Of a stretch of DNA of 61,863 nucleotides, positions 44,296 through 57,671 are shown in pieces. Location of the stretch: NCBI GenBank assembly GCA_051294375.1, contig CM119267.1, positions 4,335,019 through 4,396,881 of the forward strand. The letters run 5' to 3'. The DNA comes from Paraspadella gotoi. Lineage: Eukaryota; Animalia; Chaetognatha. How positions within the stretch are numbered: the stretch's first letter is position 1; each line of letters starts with the position of its first letter. The notes under the pieces are model-generated. The model saw nothing but the letters and a program-made list of their open reading frames with translations. It had not been told where the DNA came from and made no database searches. Made by a program: the position numbers and the translations under genes.

Positions 44296-47200
44296 CAGAG
44301 ATGCAGACGCGATCCGGGAGGCGGAGTGAAAACGCGCGGAGGCGCATGTTTTTTGAGGTGGCGAACTTGGACTAGAGTCAAAAATTGGGGAGAAGGGAGG
44401 CGAATGCGGAGGCGCAAAAAACGTTGCGCGTTCGCCTCTTGTGCTTTTGTTTTTATAGGCGAAAATCAAAAGGTTTTTGCCAAATTATAACCTTTCTGTT
44501 GTTTCAAAAATTGTTCTTTTTTTCAAATTTAGATATTGCTAAATTCTGAAGCGTTTATCAGCTGCCATTGGTTTTATATTAATATATTTTTTATTCAAAA
44601 AGAAAATATTTTTAGTTCTGTTTATAATTATTTGTACATAAGCATATATTTTTATATCTTTTTCTTTTAATACATTCATTCACTAAATTTATTCCTTTTT
44701 ATTTTAAACAAAATATTATTAATTAGTTAATTTATTCCCATGAATATTTAATTAAATCATTTATTCATATTTTTATTCTATTCTATTTATTTATTAACTT
44801 TATTCATTTTATTAATCAAATAATTTTTTTTATCTTACGTCATTTTTTAAACTTGCACCTTTTTTGATTTGCATTATTATTTTAACTGGCATCATTTTTT
44901 CAACTGGCATTATTTTTTTAACATGTATTATTTTTTATTTATATTATTATAACTTGAATCATTTTTTTAATTTGCATTATTTTTTTAACCTATATCATTT
45001 TTTGAATTGCATTATTTTTTTTAATTTGTAATATATTTTCAATTTGCATCATTTTTTTACTTTGAATCATGTTTTCATCTTGAATCATTTTTTTAACTTG
45101 TATCATTTTTTAAACTAGCTTCATTTTTAAACTTGCATATTTTTTTAAATTTGTATCATTTTTTTAACTTTCATTATTTTTTAATACATTTCATTTTTTA
45201 ATTCGCATTATTTTTTTAATTTGCATTATTTTTGAAACTTGCATCATTTTTTTTAACTTCCATCATTTTTTCAATTTGTAATATTTTTTTGATTTGTATT
45301 GTTTTTTAACTTGCATCATTTTTTAAATTGCATCATTTTTTTTAGCTTGCCTCATTTTTTTTAACTTGCCTCATTTTTATAACTTGTATTATTTTTTAAC
45401 TTGTATTATTTTTTTATTTTTTGGTCATTTTTTAATTTATATTACCTTTTAACTTATACAGTTTTAATTTTTATATTAAAATTTATATTATCGATTTATT
45501 TATAAAAACAATTCATAAAATTGGTACAAACAATATAACAATTATCCATTCATTTAATAAATAAGTTATCTTGCTCCTGACTTTGGAATTTTAATTTAAA
45601 AATATAGTATATATATTAAAATATCAATAATATAAAGCAAAAAAATAAAAAACAACCTAAAAAAACTGAAAAAACAAATTTAAAAAAATGAATGTGAATT
45701 ATTGCTAGATGATGAAAAAAATATAATTCAAAAAGGGAGGGAGAGAAGGAAGCAGTGTGGACAGAGAGAGCGCGCAAATAGAGAGTGCAAGAGAGAGAGC
45801 AAGACAGAGAGAAAAAGATAGCCAGAGAGAGAGACCAAGAGAGAGAGAGAAAGTCAGAGAGAGAGACCAAGAGAGAGAGAGAGAGCCAGAGAGAGAGAGA
45901 GTAAGAGAGAGAGAGAGAGACAGAGAGAGAAAAAAATATAAAGAGAGATAGAGAGAGAAAAAAAAAGAAAGAGAAAGAGGTATGGCTGAAGAAAAGGCAG
46001 AAAAAAAGGGAAAGAAAGGAAAAGAAGAAGTGAGAAGGTGAGAGAGTAGTTATTTAATTAAAATAAATTAAATTAATATAAAAAGACAAAATGGCTAATA
46101 TACTTGTCAAGTTTTTTTTAGTATATTTCAATATTATTTAGCATTTGTAGAAGCTGCAGATTTTTGCAATCTAAGTGCATTGCCTGAAAACAAAAATGAA
46201 TTATGTAATTAGAGAATAAGGCCACAGGGAAATGGAGAGGAAGAGGGACGAAAGAAGGTAAAGGGGAAAACAAGAAAAAGATAGACAGACCGACCAATAG
46301 AAAGACTGACCAATAGAATTAAATTAAAGAATTAATAGTTTTAATAATAATAATCAGCAGTGCAACCAAAAGTCATTCTATGATATGAATTTTTAAATTT
46401 TTTTTTCTTTATTTTTTGTCGTTTTATTTTATTTTATTTATTTTTCTTTGCTTTTTAAGAAAATTTTTTTTAGTGGATCTGCTTAGACAGATCTTGGCTT
46501 TATGATTCACTTTTTTGGTCCATCGATCCCACCCAAAATCTTGTCGATAAGTCATCATATCCAAATATCGAATGATAAATTATGCTATAAAAAATGAAAA
46601 ACAGAGTTATGAAAATTGTACAGATTTTTTGAAGAAAGAAGGAGAGTGGGAAAGAGAGCAAAAGAGAAAAAAGAAGAGAGAGAGAAAGGTTTCCACCAAG
46701 CATTGTTATTTGTAGTTATTTGTTGAAAAAAATTTAAAAATTAGGTTTATTTAAATCTAAACAATAGTATGTTACATTTTTCTATAGTTTTTTATTAAAT
46801 AAGAAATGAATAAGTTTTTCTATTACTAATTACCAATTGTTCCCATTTTTACATAAGGTACCTTATAGAAGTGAGGACAAGATTTTTCCCCCATTCTCAA
46901 TTTATGTCTTGGTGAATATTATTCATAAATATTGCTTACTACAAAAAATTTATAATACAATTTTTATATAATAAATATTCATAGTAGATGTTGTTTATTC
47001 TTTACTTTTAGAATTTTTATTAAAGTTAAATATAAAATTTTTACTATTCTTTTTAAGGACAGAAAGAGTTTAAGAGTGAATAAAAAGAAATGAAATAAAG
47101 TCATATAAGAATAAATCTTGTCCTTATTCTCAGCTGTCCTTATTCTCAATAATATTCTTTTCCTAAGTATTTTTTGAAGCTTTATCCTTTTCTCTCTCTA

Positions 47201-47505
47201 TTTCTTTTCTCTTTCATTCTATCTCTCTCTCTTTCTCTTCTCCTCTCCCTCTCTTTCTCTCTCTCAAAATGTCTTGCAAAATTGTTTAAAATATTTTTTT
47301 CATGACCCATTGATCTGATATTAAAAAAATAATATCAAATACAAAACTATATAATATTTTTTTAACAAAAAGCCGGAGGCGTTAAGAGGCGAACGCGGAG
47401 GCGATCCGGGCTAAAAAATGAGAGGCGAACGCAAAACCGGAGGCGAGGGGGTCTCGGGAGGCGGGGAGTGGAGGCGGGCGAAATTTAGCGCCTCCAGCAT
47501 CCCTG
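44296..47505. mobile_element. Non-autonomous hAT-superfamily DNA transposon (3210 bp)
   Basis: Exact 8-bp target-site duplication ACCAATAT at 44288-44295 and 47506-47513. Short imperfect TIRs CAGAGATGCAG / CAGGGATGCTG (9/11). Clustered GAGGCG subterminal repeats at both ends (44318-44440, 47374-47495). AT-rich interior with no transposase ORF. Confidence 0.85.
44850..45450. repeat. ~19-bp degenerate minisatellite (AACTTGCATCATTTTTTTT)n inside the hAT element
   Basis: Roughly 30 degenerate tandem units. Confidence 0.85.
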
Positions 47506-47737
47506 ACCAATATACGTCTCACCCTACTTACCTCTTTTACCTGATGAGAGACTAGTTAGAACCTACCTTTAGCTAGATACCCATCTTCCCAGTAAACTTT
47601 TTATCATATATATCTAATTTCAGTATATATAAGTAGTATATTACAAAACAAATATAAATTAAATTAAGATTTTCACATTCGAGATTCCGTCATATCCACA
47701 TGACATCGATTTTGCCTTAATCAAACTCATAAACTGA

Positions 47738-47783
47738 CGCCATCAGTGCCATCAGTACCATCAGTGCCATCAGTGCCATCAGT
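47738..47783. repeat. 9-bp tandem repeat (GCCATCAGT) x5
   Basis: Directly visible. Confidence 0.85.
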
Positions 47784-49154
47784 GATGGCCATTATGAAAT
47801 CGAATCAACGACCCTAATACCTTTACTTTAAATTCACCCGATCGAATGTTAAAAGTCCGTTTACGGAAAGTCCTCGTTTAAAGTTTAAAGTCCATTTTCG
47901 ATTCTAAAAAGGGAATTCTCGAATCAAGAGACCAAGCAGTAGTAGTCTAGTCGTCTAACAGTCTAAGGAGTACCAAGTAGTCATCCAGTAGTCGAAGGAC
48001 TACGGCACATAAACTCAAGATTTCAGAAGTTAATTTCCTTATGACTAAAGCACTTTTCCATTAATTTTCTTTTGTCTCTCAGACATTACTAAACCTCTCT
48101 TACGGTTCTGTATTATTTCCCCTACAGTTTTTTCCCCACCTAACAAACAAATTTGTTCCATTTTTAGTAAAACAACGCTTTCCTTCATTGAAAACTGAAG
48201 AAGATTAGTCGTTGGAAATTAATCGCGTAACTGTAACGGTGACAAAGCTGACGGATAAAACCGAAGCAGCTTGTCGGTTCACAAACTCCAGCCGGTTTGT
48301 CGGTCTCGGTTCTCTTTGTAATCCAAGTCTGTAATTTCGTGGTTTTATTTGTATGTATACAACAATATTTCTTTTCGATGTTTAACATCTATCGTCGACT
48401 ATCTTTCTGTCCGGGTGGAGAGTTACGGACAACGTCATCCGACCAGCGTCCCTAATCACAGCCGCCCGTCACTCCACGGACCACTCCATCACCTTCGAAT
48501 AATCTCCAGACGCCCTCTTCTACTTCTGACGCGCCCTGGCGCCACCCGGACCCTAAACCGACGCCGCCACGCCCCCTCTAGCTCGATGCCGACACGTCGA
48601 CGCGACGCCGGTGACGCCAAGGAAGACGCCGCCGACGCCGGTTCAAGACGCCGCCGGTCGCCGCCCTTATTTTCCACCAAATTCCTTTTCTGCGAATTTC
48701 ACCTTCTTTTGGCGTCAGCAGCCATGAATAAATAATAAACAGCGAGGGATGAAGAGGAAGAGAGAATACAGCATTTTCCAATTATAGGGGGAAGAGGAGG
48801 AGGAAGCCTCCTCAGAATCCGATTGTTTCTCGCGCTCTGTGTGTGTGTCTCTCTCTCTCTCTGTCTCTCTCTCTCTCTCGACGCTCGTCTGGCGTGAGAG
48901 AGCGAGAGAGAGAGAACGAGACAGAGATAGAGATGGCGTCGTAGGTTGACGTCATCCGGTTCGGAAACGATGTCCTTTGGGCGGCGTCAATACATAATGG
49001 TGACGTCAATACATTGAGTTCACAAAAAAATGAGAAAAGTAAAAAAAAAATGTCTTCAGTCGAAAAATGCAATCTGTAAAAAAAAATGGCTTCCCTCGTC
49101 TGAAGAAGTGACCAAAGAAAACGCAATTTAAGCCTTGCCCTAATTTCCATAACC

Positions 49155-49265
<111 letters not shown>

Positions 49266-49373
49266 CCAGAATATGAAGACGGCGAGTTTATGCAAATGTA
49301 GTCGTGTAAATACAGGAATGCAAATCGGAGAGAGAATATCTTTCTCTCTTTTTCCGTCGCGAGAGAGAGAGAA

Positions 49374-49408
<35 letters not shown>

Positions 49409-49566
49409 AAGAGAGAGAGAGGGCCAAAGGGCGAGAGGACGAGGGCTGGCGAGAGACGGAGTCAAAATTAGTGTCATCAAGATTGTCCTCCACCGGAAAA
49501 AGACGCCCCCCCCTTCGGATCCGGGGCGACGCCCGACTAAAAGAGAGAGCGAGTCAAAGTGAGGGA

Positions 49567-49616
<50 letters not shown>

Positions 49617-49737
49617 GAGCACCTTGTATACTTCGCATTGGAATAGCAGAAAATTTGTTTTATTAAATGTTTGTATTTTGTAATACTCAAAAAGTAAAAA
49701 AATCTTACTATCTTTTCCTCCTCCTTCCCTTCCCACT

Positions 49738-49768
<31 letters not shown>

Positions 49769-51489
49769 CCTCCTACATCATTTCTCGATTTTGGTCACGT
49801 GACGCGACCAGACAGACGGATTCCCTTTTGGGCCAAGAAGCAAATTATGATCTCCACCTCCCTTAGAGATTTTCCGAGAGACAATGCTCTTGCAGATATT
49901 TTTTGCAGATATCTGGCAGATGGAAGAGAGAAAAGAGCAATCTGTGGAATTCTTAAAATGAATCTTACAGATGGTTATATTTATTTATAGAGCGGCGATG
50001 AGGAATTAAATTGAATTTACGCACGATTGAGTTTTTAATAAAAAAATATTATTAATTCGGGTTTGAACGGAGTTTAACAATATTTTTTTAAATTTAAGAA
50101 TAGACAAACACAAAGCTAAGAAGAAGGGAACGGGTGAGTGAGAAAGAGTAGGAGAGAGAGAGAGATAGAGAGTGAGAGATAGATAGAGAGGGTGCGAGCA
50201 TTGAAAGAGACAATTGCCGATTCTCTGGTGTCACCCAAGAGGCGTTGTTGTCGTCGTCGCCATCGTCGTCGTCGTCGTCATCATCTTCTCTAAATATAAA
50301 GGCTTCGATTTTCCGCCGCGAATCCCCGCCCGTCCCTCCCAGGGCTCGAACGAGCCTCTCAGCGACAAAAATGTGACAATGCCGAATGAATTTCGATCCT
50401 CGTAAACCTCGAGGGTCCTTCCATATCCCGTCGGGTTCTTCCGCGCCCCCCCTTTCGATGGCTTTCTCATCCGACCAACTCATTCTCACTTTATCCCAAA
50501 CACGCAAGTTCTTCAAATTTTTCAACTCGAATTTGCGATGGAGAATATATGTAGAATATTCTTATTTACGTAATACTCAAGACTCAAGAGAGCTGTTTTT
50601 TTTTATTAATTGAAACAATTGTATATCTTCATAAATAGCGGAGCCAATAACACTGGGAGTTGATAAATTAGACATACGGAGAGGGATGGATGCGTTTTCC
50701 CACATAGCCTGTCCAAAGTCAGCGGCAAGAGACAAGACAATTACGTCGAAAATTCCTCTGCTGTGTCGCTTTACCGTCACTCTGTATTTTCCATATTCAA
50801 AGGAACTGAAGTTCTCTCCCACGGACCCTTTACAGTTTATCAGTCTCTCTACCCCTCCAAACTCTAGGTTCTCCCCCTAAACCCTTCCCCGAAAACCTCC
50901 CCTACCCTTCCTTCCCCGCCCACTTCGAGAATTTCGCCCAAAGGTCAAATCTTTAAAAAGTTTTAATCTTCAGAATGAAATTCGGGAGGCATTGAATTTC
51001 AACGCTGCTGTTCTCCGCCGCCGCCGCCGCCGCCGCTCCCCTGCAGCCCCCTCCCCCCAGCCTGCAGCATCCACGCCCCCGTTTCATCTCCTCAATTAAG
51101 TCGTCAATTTCGACTTCAATTTCGTCGCCATTTTTTTTTTCGTCGTCGTCTTCGTCGTTTTCTTATTCTTCGTCTTCTTCTTCTTCGATGTGACGAAATT
51201 TGCAATTGAATCGCGTTTTAGCGAAATCGTCAATTAGAGCGTCGGTTTTAACGAAATTTCCCTTTGTCCGAATTTTTTTAATTCCAAGTCGTTTCTCGTT
51301 GTGCTCGCGGTTTGGTCGAGAGGGAAAGTGTCGGTTTGTCGGTAGGATTGTCAGTCTGTTGGTCTGTCTGTCAGATTGTTTAATGTTAAAAGGGTTTGTT
51401 CATAAAGTTACCAAGGGAAGATGCAAACATACATTTGGCCGAAAATATCAATCAGCTCCTATATAAGAGCAGAGTGAGGGACGATAGGG

Positions 51490-51567
51490 ATATACACTAT
51501 ACACTATATACTACTATACACTATATACTACTATACACTATACAATATACACTATACACAATATACA
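51490..51567. repeat. (TACACTA)n degenerate heptamer repeat
   Basis: Directly visible. Confidence 0.8.
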
Positions 51568-51827
51568 GCCCATCAAAAGGTCGCACATTTAAAAGGGGAC
51601 ATATTCGACTATCAGTACAATTGTACTTTCATACAAATTACCTACGTCGTCCGTTCAAGAAAAGGGTAAGCTGGCAACTAATATCTGACATTTTTTCATG
51701 TAGCTATTAGCTAACCCTCAATTTGTAGTAGTCAAAATAAACGTGAAACCCGCGCGTGTAAATAAATTTACACGTCTTCATTGAAAATTGAAAATAACCG
51801 TCTTCATTAATGTGCAATCATAAGAAA

Positions 51828-52267
51828 TCTTCACACTCATACATGTAAATGAAATCGCGTGCGAATGAACGTCTTCACACTCGCACATGCAAGTAAAATT
51901 GCGTGCAAATGAACGTCTTCACACTTGCACATGTAAATGAAATCGCCTGTGAATAAACGTCTTCACACTCGCACATCTAAAAGAAATCGCGTGCGAATGA
52001 ACATCTTCACACTCACATGAGGGAATTAAAATGCGTGCGAATGAATGTATTCACACTCGCACATGCAAATGAAATCGCGTGCGAATGAACGTCTTCACAC
52101 TCGCACGTGCAAATGAAATTATGTGCAAATTAACATCTTTACACTCGCATGTGCAAATAAATTGGGTGCAAATTAACGCTTTCAAACTCGCACGTGTAAA
52201 TGAAATCGCGTGCGTATGAACGTCTTCACACTCGCACGTGCAAATGAAATCGCGTGCAATTGAACGT
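51828..52267. repeat. 44-bp minisatellite (TCTTCACACTCGCACATGCAAATGAAATCGCGTGCGAATGAACG)n, ~10 copies, each unit internally palindromic
   Basis: Head-to-tail units at 51828, 51872, 51916 and onward, with no unique spacers. TTCA..TCGCAC can pair with GTGCGA.TGAA within a unit. Confidence 0.9.
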
Positions 52268-52361
52268 CAGCTTCGTCTTGTGCGAGACGGGACTGTCGTA
52301 AGGGGCTGGGAATTAAGAAGAAAAAAGAAATTATAAAACGGAGCTGAGAAGGGAAAAGAGA

Positions 52362-52364
<3 letters not shown>

Positions 52365-52441
<77 letters not shown>
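52365..52441. repeat. (GA)n microsatellite
   Basis: Pure run. Confidence 0.95.
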
Positions 52442-52445
<4 letters not shown>

Positions 52446-53088
52446 ATCTCCCGATCGGCGAGGGAATTTGCGATGCTTTAATTTGGATTCACTTTAGACG
52501 CTTTAATTGTGACAAGATTTTCTTTTCAAAGCGACAACTTACTTTTTTTTGGTTTTGTTTGCTTGTTCTTTTTACAAGTTTTTAAAAGCGTTTCAATGTG
52601 TATTATATTGCCTATTAGACTATTAATCATCAAGGAAAATGACTCTACCGTTTCTTTAAAATACAAACTTAAAAATACAAGGCTTGAATATAACCGTCGT
52701 CTTCTATTCAAAACCCATAAATTATTAGATAATCATAATTATCAATTAAGCTAATAGAATTTTTTATAAAATACAATAAAAACCCTATTTAAACCCCATT
52801 CCAACATCAAAACTACCCGCCACCGGTCGCGAGCTTTTTCGCCCACTAATTCCCCCCCCCTCACTTTTCTTGTTTTTCTTAAACTATTCATGGTTTGTTT
52901 CCTTTTCTCTTCTTCTTCCTCCCTCCTCCCTCCTCCTCCTCCGAGGCACGGTTGACCCCTGCGACCTCTCTTATTTTTCTTTCATTCCTTTTTCAATTCC
53001 GCTTTTCCGATTTATTATTTACTTTATCAATTTTCCTTCTTCTCCTTTGTTTTTATCCTTCAGCGCTGAATCGTCGGAATCTTCTTTC

Positions 53089-53133
<45 letters not shown>

Positions 53134-53765
53134 GAGAGAGAGAAAAATTACCAACTGGAGTGAATTAAAAATTAAACGCCGGAGTTTTAACAATTGATTA
53201 ATTTTATCGAATTAAAATTGAGTTTTAATCTTTGCAATCGCGGCAAGAACAACACTTGCTCAAGACTGTCGTCAACGAGTCACGTCTAGAGATAGAGAGG
53301 TCGTTGAAAGAATTACTGAATTAGCCGATACGTCACGTCACAAGCTTTAATCGTTACAACATAGAAGTGAGCCAGCAACAAGCTTTAAACAATATTTTTT
53401 TTACAAACCTCTCTTTTGCTCTGGTGTAAACAAACCTAGGTTCTATTTAGACAATCATTGTTTTCATTCCATTTTGCTCCCTGATTTTACAATCCATGGA
53501 CTTTAATTTTTACTACCATATTTTTCGCACTTCTTATGATATTTCCCTCCTCCTCTTACTCAATCTACCCTTATTCATCCCTTTCCATCTTCCTCTTTCC
53601 TCCCTTTTTCCTCCCACTCCCTCTCTCCCTCCCTCTCCCACTCCCTCTCTCCATCCCTCTCCCTCTCTATCTCACCCTCTAATCTCTTTTGTTTTTTTCC
53701 GTTGGATTTTTAAAATTTTTTTTTCATCGATTCGTTGGGGCGAATTAATCTATGGATATTTTTCA

Positions 53766-53822
<57 letters not shown>

Positions 53823-53989
53823 CGTCTCTCTCTCTGCTCTCTCTCGCTCTCTCTCTCTCTCTCGTCTCCGGCGATAAAAGATTGCGCATAAATCATGAAA
53901 AACTTTATCCAATTTGGTTTTTTTTTCACCCCTTCACTCTGTAAACCGAGACACACCCTACCTGTTCTCCATTCACGCCTTGGCGTCCG

Positions 53990-54049
<60 letters not shown>

Positions 54050-54503
54050 AGAGGTATCTCGGGATTTTGTTTGCATTTTGTAGCTTTTTTGTTGTTTGAA
54101 GGATTTGTTTGCATTTTATTTTTATTTTTTAAATGAATTTTTTTTTCTCGTTTCCCAACATTTTTCCTGTTGATCCGTCTGATTTGCATAAAGACAGATT
54201 TGTTAGGAAGTTTGTTAAGAAACCTTTTTATCATTTATTCTTTATATGTTCGTTTCTTCCTTTATACATTTCTTCTTTTTTTATTTCTTTATTCATTCAG
54301 TTATTTATTCAGACATTCATTCAGTCATTGATTCATTAATTCATTTATTCATTTGTTATTGAATTTATTTTCTCATTCATACATTCTTTTATTTATTAAT
54401 TCATTTGTTCGTTTAATAATTCATGTATTCATTCATTCTTCTGACTCATCCACTCGTTTCTTTAATGGTTTAAATCGTCTGGAAATATGAAACTGCAATG
54501 GAA

Positions 54504-54589
<86 letters not shown>

Positions 54590-54660
54590 AACTTTTCTTT
54601 TTGATGTTTGCTTCCATCGCTTCCTTTCCTTCGCTGTCGCAGTCGCCCAGAGGCAAGAGA

Positions 54661-54695
<35 letters not shown>

Positions 54696-55057
54696 TCGGC
54701 AACGCTTCTTTGCGGATTACAACGTCGACTATTCCGCCGCTATCGACGCCGCTCACAGTCTCAATTGTGCCGGGAAATATTTCTTTTTTCCAAAAAATTA
54801 TAATTTGTTAATAAACTAATTTATTATTTTATTTTCAAAAAAAAAAGATGTAATATTGTTCCTCAAACTAAATTCTTAAAAATCAACTTTCACACTATAA
54901 ATAAATACAAAAAAACTCTTCCTTTTTAACTCACGTGTGTTCTAAATGTGAATGTAGCGTAATTAGTAAAATATTTACCTCTTTCTGGTCCACGCGTATT
55001 TTCTAATTCCGGGTCCCGTTCAGAAGCACCTACAGCAACGACGACAACAACAACGAC

Positions 55058-55101
<44 letters not shown>

Positions 55102-55780
55102 CCGCGTCTTGATATGATTTTATTTCGTCGTTAAGTAATAAAACGCGTTTAACCATCAGTCGAGGAAGGGTTAAAATGACTGAGACAACAATTAGCCTAC
55201 AAGGAAGAAAGCCTCATCCTCTCTCTCCGACAATTCATCACAGAGACTTTATAAAACGCCGCTGCCTCCGCCGCCGTCGCTTCCGCCGCTGCCGCCGCCG
55301 CCGCCGTCAGTTTTTTTATATTTTCTCTCTTTTTTTTCTCTTCGCTTAAAACCATTCATTTTTTACACTGCCGACGCGTCTTTCCCCCCCCGTCACGGTG
55401 TTAAGATATTCTATTTTCATAAATGAAATTTTATATTGTTATAATTATTTATATTCCAAGAATTCAATTTCATGATATACATATTCTTTATTTCTACCAG
55501 ATAAATGTTCGTTGATAGGAATTGAATCCAACTTTAATTATAATGATTTTTGTGAGTCAAACACGAAGAAACATTAAACATTAAACATTAAACATTAACT
55601 TTTTACCTGAAACAACCCAACAATCAGATTGTGAGTTCATCTTTCTCGTTACGACTTTAAGTCGCACTGAAACTCACATATTTATTTTAAAATATGATTT
55701 TAGTCATGAGTTCGCTTTTTGTTGATATTTTCGTCAACATTTTTCAAATTTTAACACCTCTAGTTGTCTCAACGACTTTC

Positions 55781-55875
<95 letters not shown>

Positions 55876-56622
55876 TTCTCTATTTTTCTCTCCCTTTCCT
55901 AGACAAATGATTAAACGTTGAAATAAAGTTGTTAGATATATTTTAAAGCCAATTAAATGAATGAAGCATGACACGAATACAAATGTTACACGAAATCGGT
56001 TAAAGATTTTTTTTTTCTTTTATCTAAAGAAAAAAAGAATAAGACGGATAAAAAAAAAGTGGCTACTGTACTACGTCATTTAATAAGTTCGGAATTGGTA
56101 TTTTGTTTTTTGTTTTTATAGGTTAAACGAGGATTGGGTAGGGAGTATCTACTTTGACACAAAGTATTTTCATATTGCGAGGTATGAGAGAGTTTATGAC
56201 CGCTAAAATTGTATTTACTCAAGAGGAAGAAATTTGTGTCGCGCCGGCTCGTAACAAATTATGCAAACACTAGGAATTGTTTTGTTTTTTTTACATCTTG
56301 ATAGAGGGCATTGTAGAGGGCGGGAAGACAAAATGGAATCGAGTAAAAGGGGAGGGAGAGGAAGTTGAAAAAAAAAATGGGGGAAAAAAATACATTCACT
56401 ACATATCATTTATTGTACAAATAATTGTTTGTTCTCCGTATGTCGTAGAAATATGACGATCTTGTATAGTAATGTACATGATATTTGTCTTCCAAATTTA
56501 TCCATTTTTGGGACTAGAACATATGACGTCAAGGGCGACACTATTTCTTTCTTTAGCACGACAATGTCTTTGACTAAAAATAGAGGAAAGAGGAATATTG
56601 AGAGTCTGCTCACGACAAAATT

Positions 56623-56711
<89 letters not shown>

Positions 56712-57671
56712 ATGCTTCGTTCTTAAAAAGAAACGAGGAAAACGAATACGAGAAAAAGACATTCGAGGTATTTTATTTTTTTTACATCACGAGATTAAAT
56801 CGAGAAAAAAAAAAGAAGACGTTAACGATGGGAGTAGTTGAGTAGTAAAAATTAACTAGATAATAAAAAAATAAAGAAAATAATCACGATCGGGATTTTA
56901 ATGCTGTTTCGTTTGTTTGTTTATTTTAATTTTTCAAACTTTTGTTGCGCTGAACTACGCTTGGGGGACTGGGGAGGTGAACGTTGCTCCTTTGTTTTAA
57001 AATGTTTAAAATCGCGCGCTTTTTTTTTTTTTTAACGATCGCGCGAGCACAAATGTGATAAATACAAATATACACGGTTTGTTCGGTCACATTTTTTTTT
57101 TACAGAGAACGGGTGACACTTGTGGGTTGTAACTGTGACATGTGGGAGTGGTCGGGTGGGGGGTGGAGGGGAAAGGGGGCGGGGAAAAGAGTTTTTCTTC
57201 AAGAGTGATATGTCGGAATGAATTTTTAGTGAGGTAATTTAAGTATAACACGACTCTAGAAATACAATACGCTACGAGTGAATTGGATTAAAAAAAAAAA
57301 ACGATCTTCTATTCCGTCGACAATTGAATGTGGATTAACAGCATCGAGGGTTTAAAAAAACAAAAACATCGATGAAATTGGATCAGGAGGAAAATTATTA
57401 AAAAAAAATACGGAATAAGTAACTTATTTTTTTATTACTAGAAACCTTACAAAAAACAAGAAAACAAATATTGAAGCGAACTTGGTTTTTTTTTAGTAGG
57501 ATTGCTGTTTTGTTAATGAAAACGATTTTGGTGTGAAAATTTAGATTAAAAACAAAAAAAACAAAAAAACAAAAAAACAAATTGATTAAGCACGAAATGA
57601 GGGAATGGACAACAAACGACGACGACATCTTTTACGTTGCCACTGTGCTATTCCTCCTCCTCCTCCTCCTC

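Noticed and set aside
50577-50822. 81-aa protein-looking minus-strand ORF
   Set aside because: No recognisable motif, non-ATG start and no convincing splice sites.
51828-52267. CRISPR-like array of palindromic repeats
   Set aside because: Units are head-to-tail with no unique spacers, there are no cas genes, and the context is eukaryotic.
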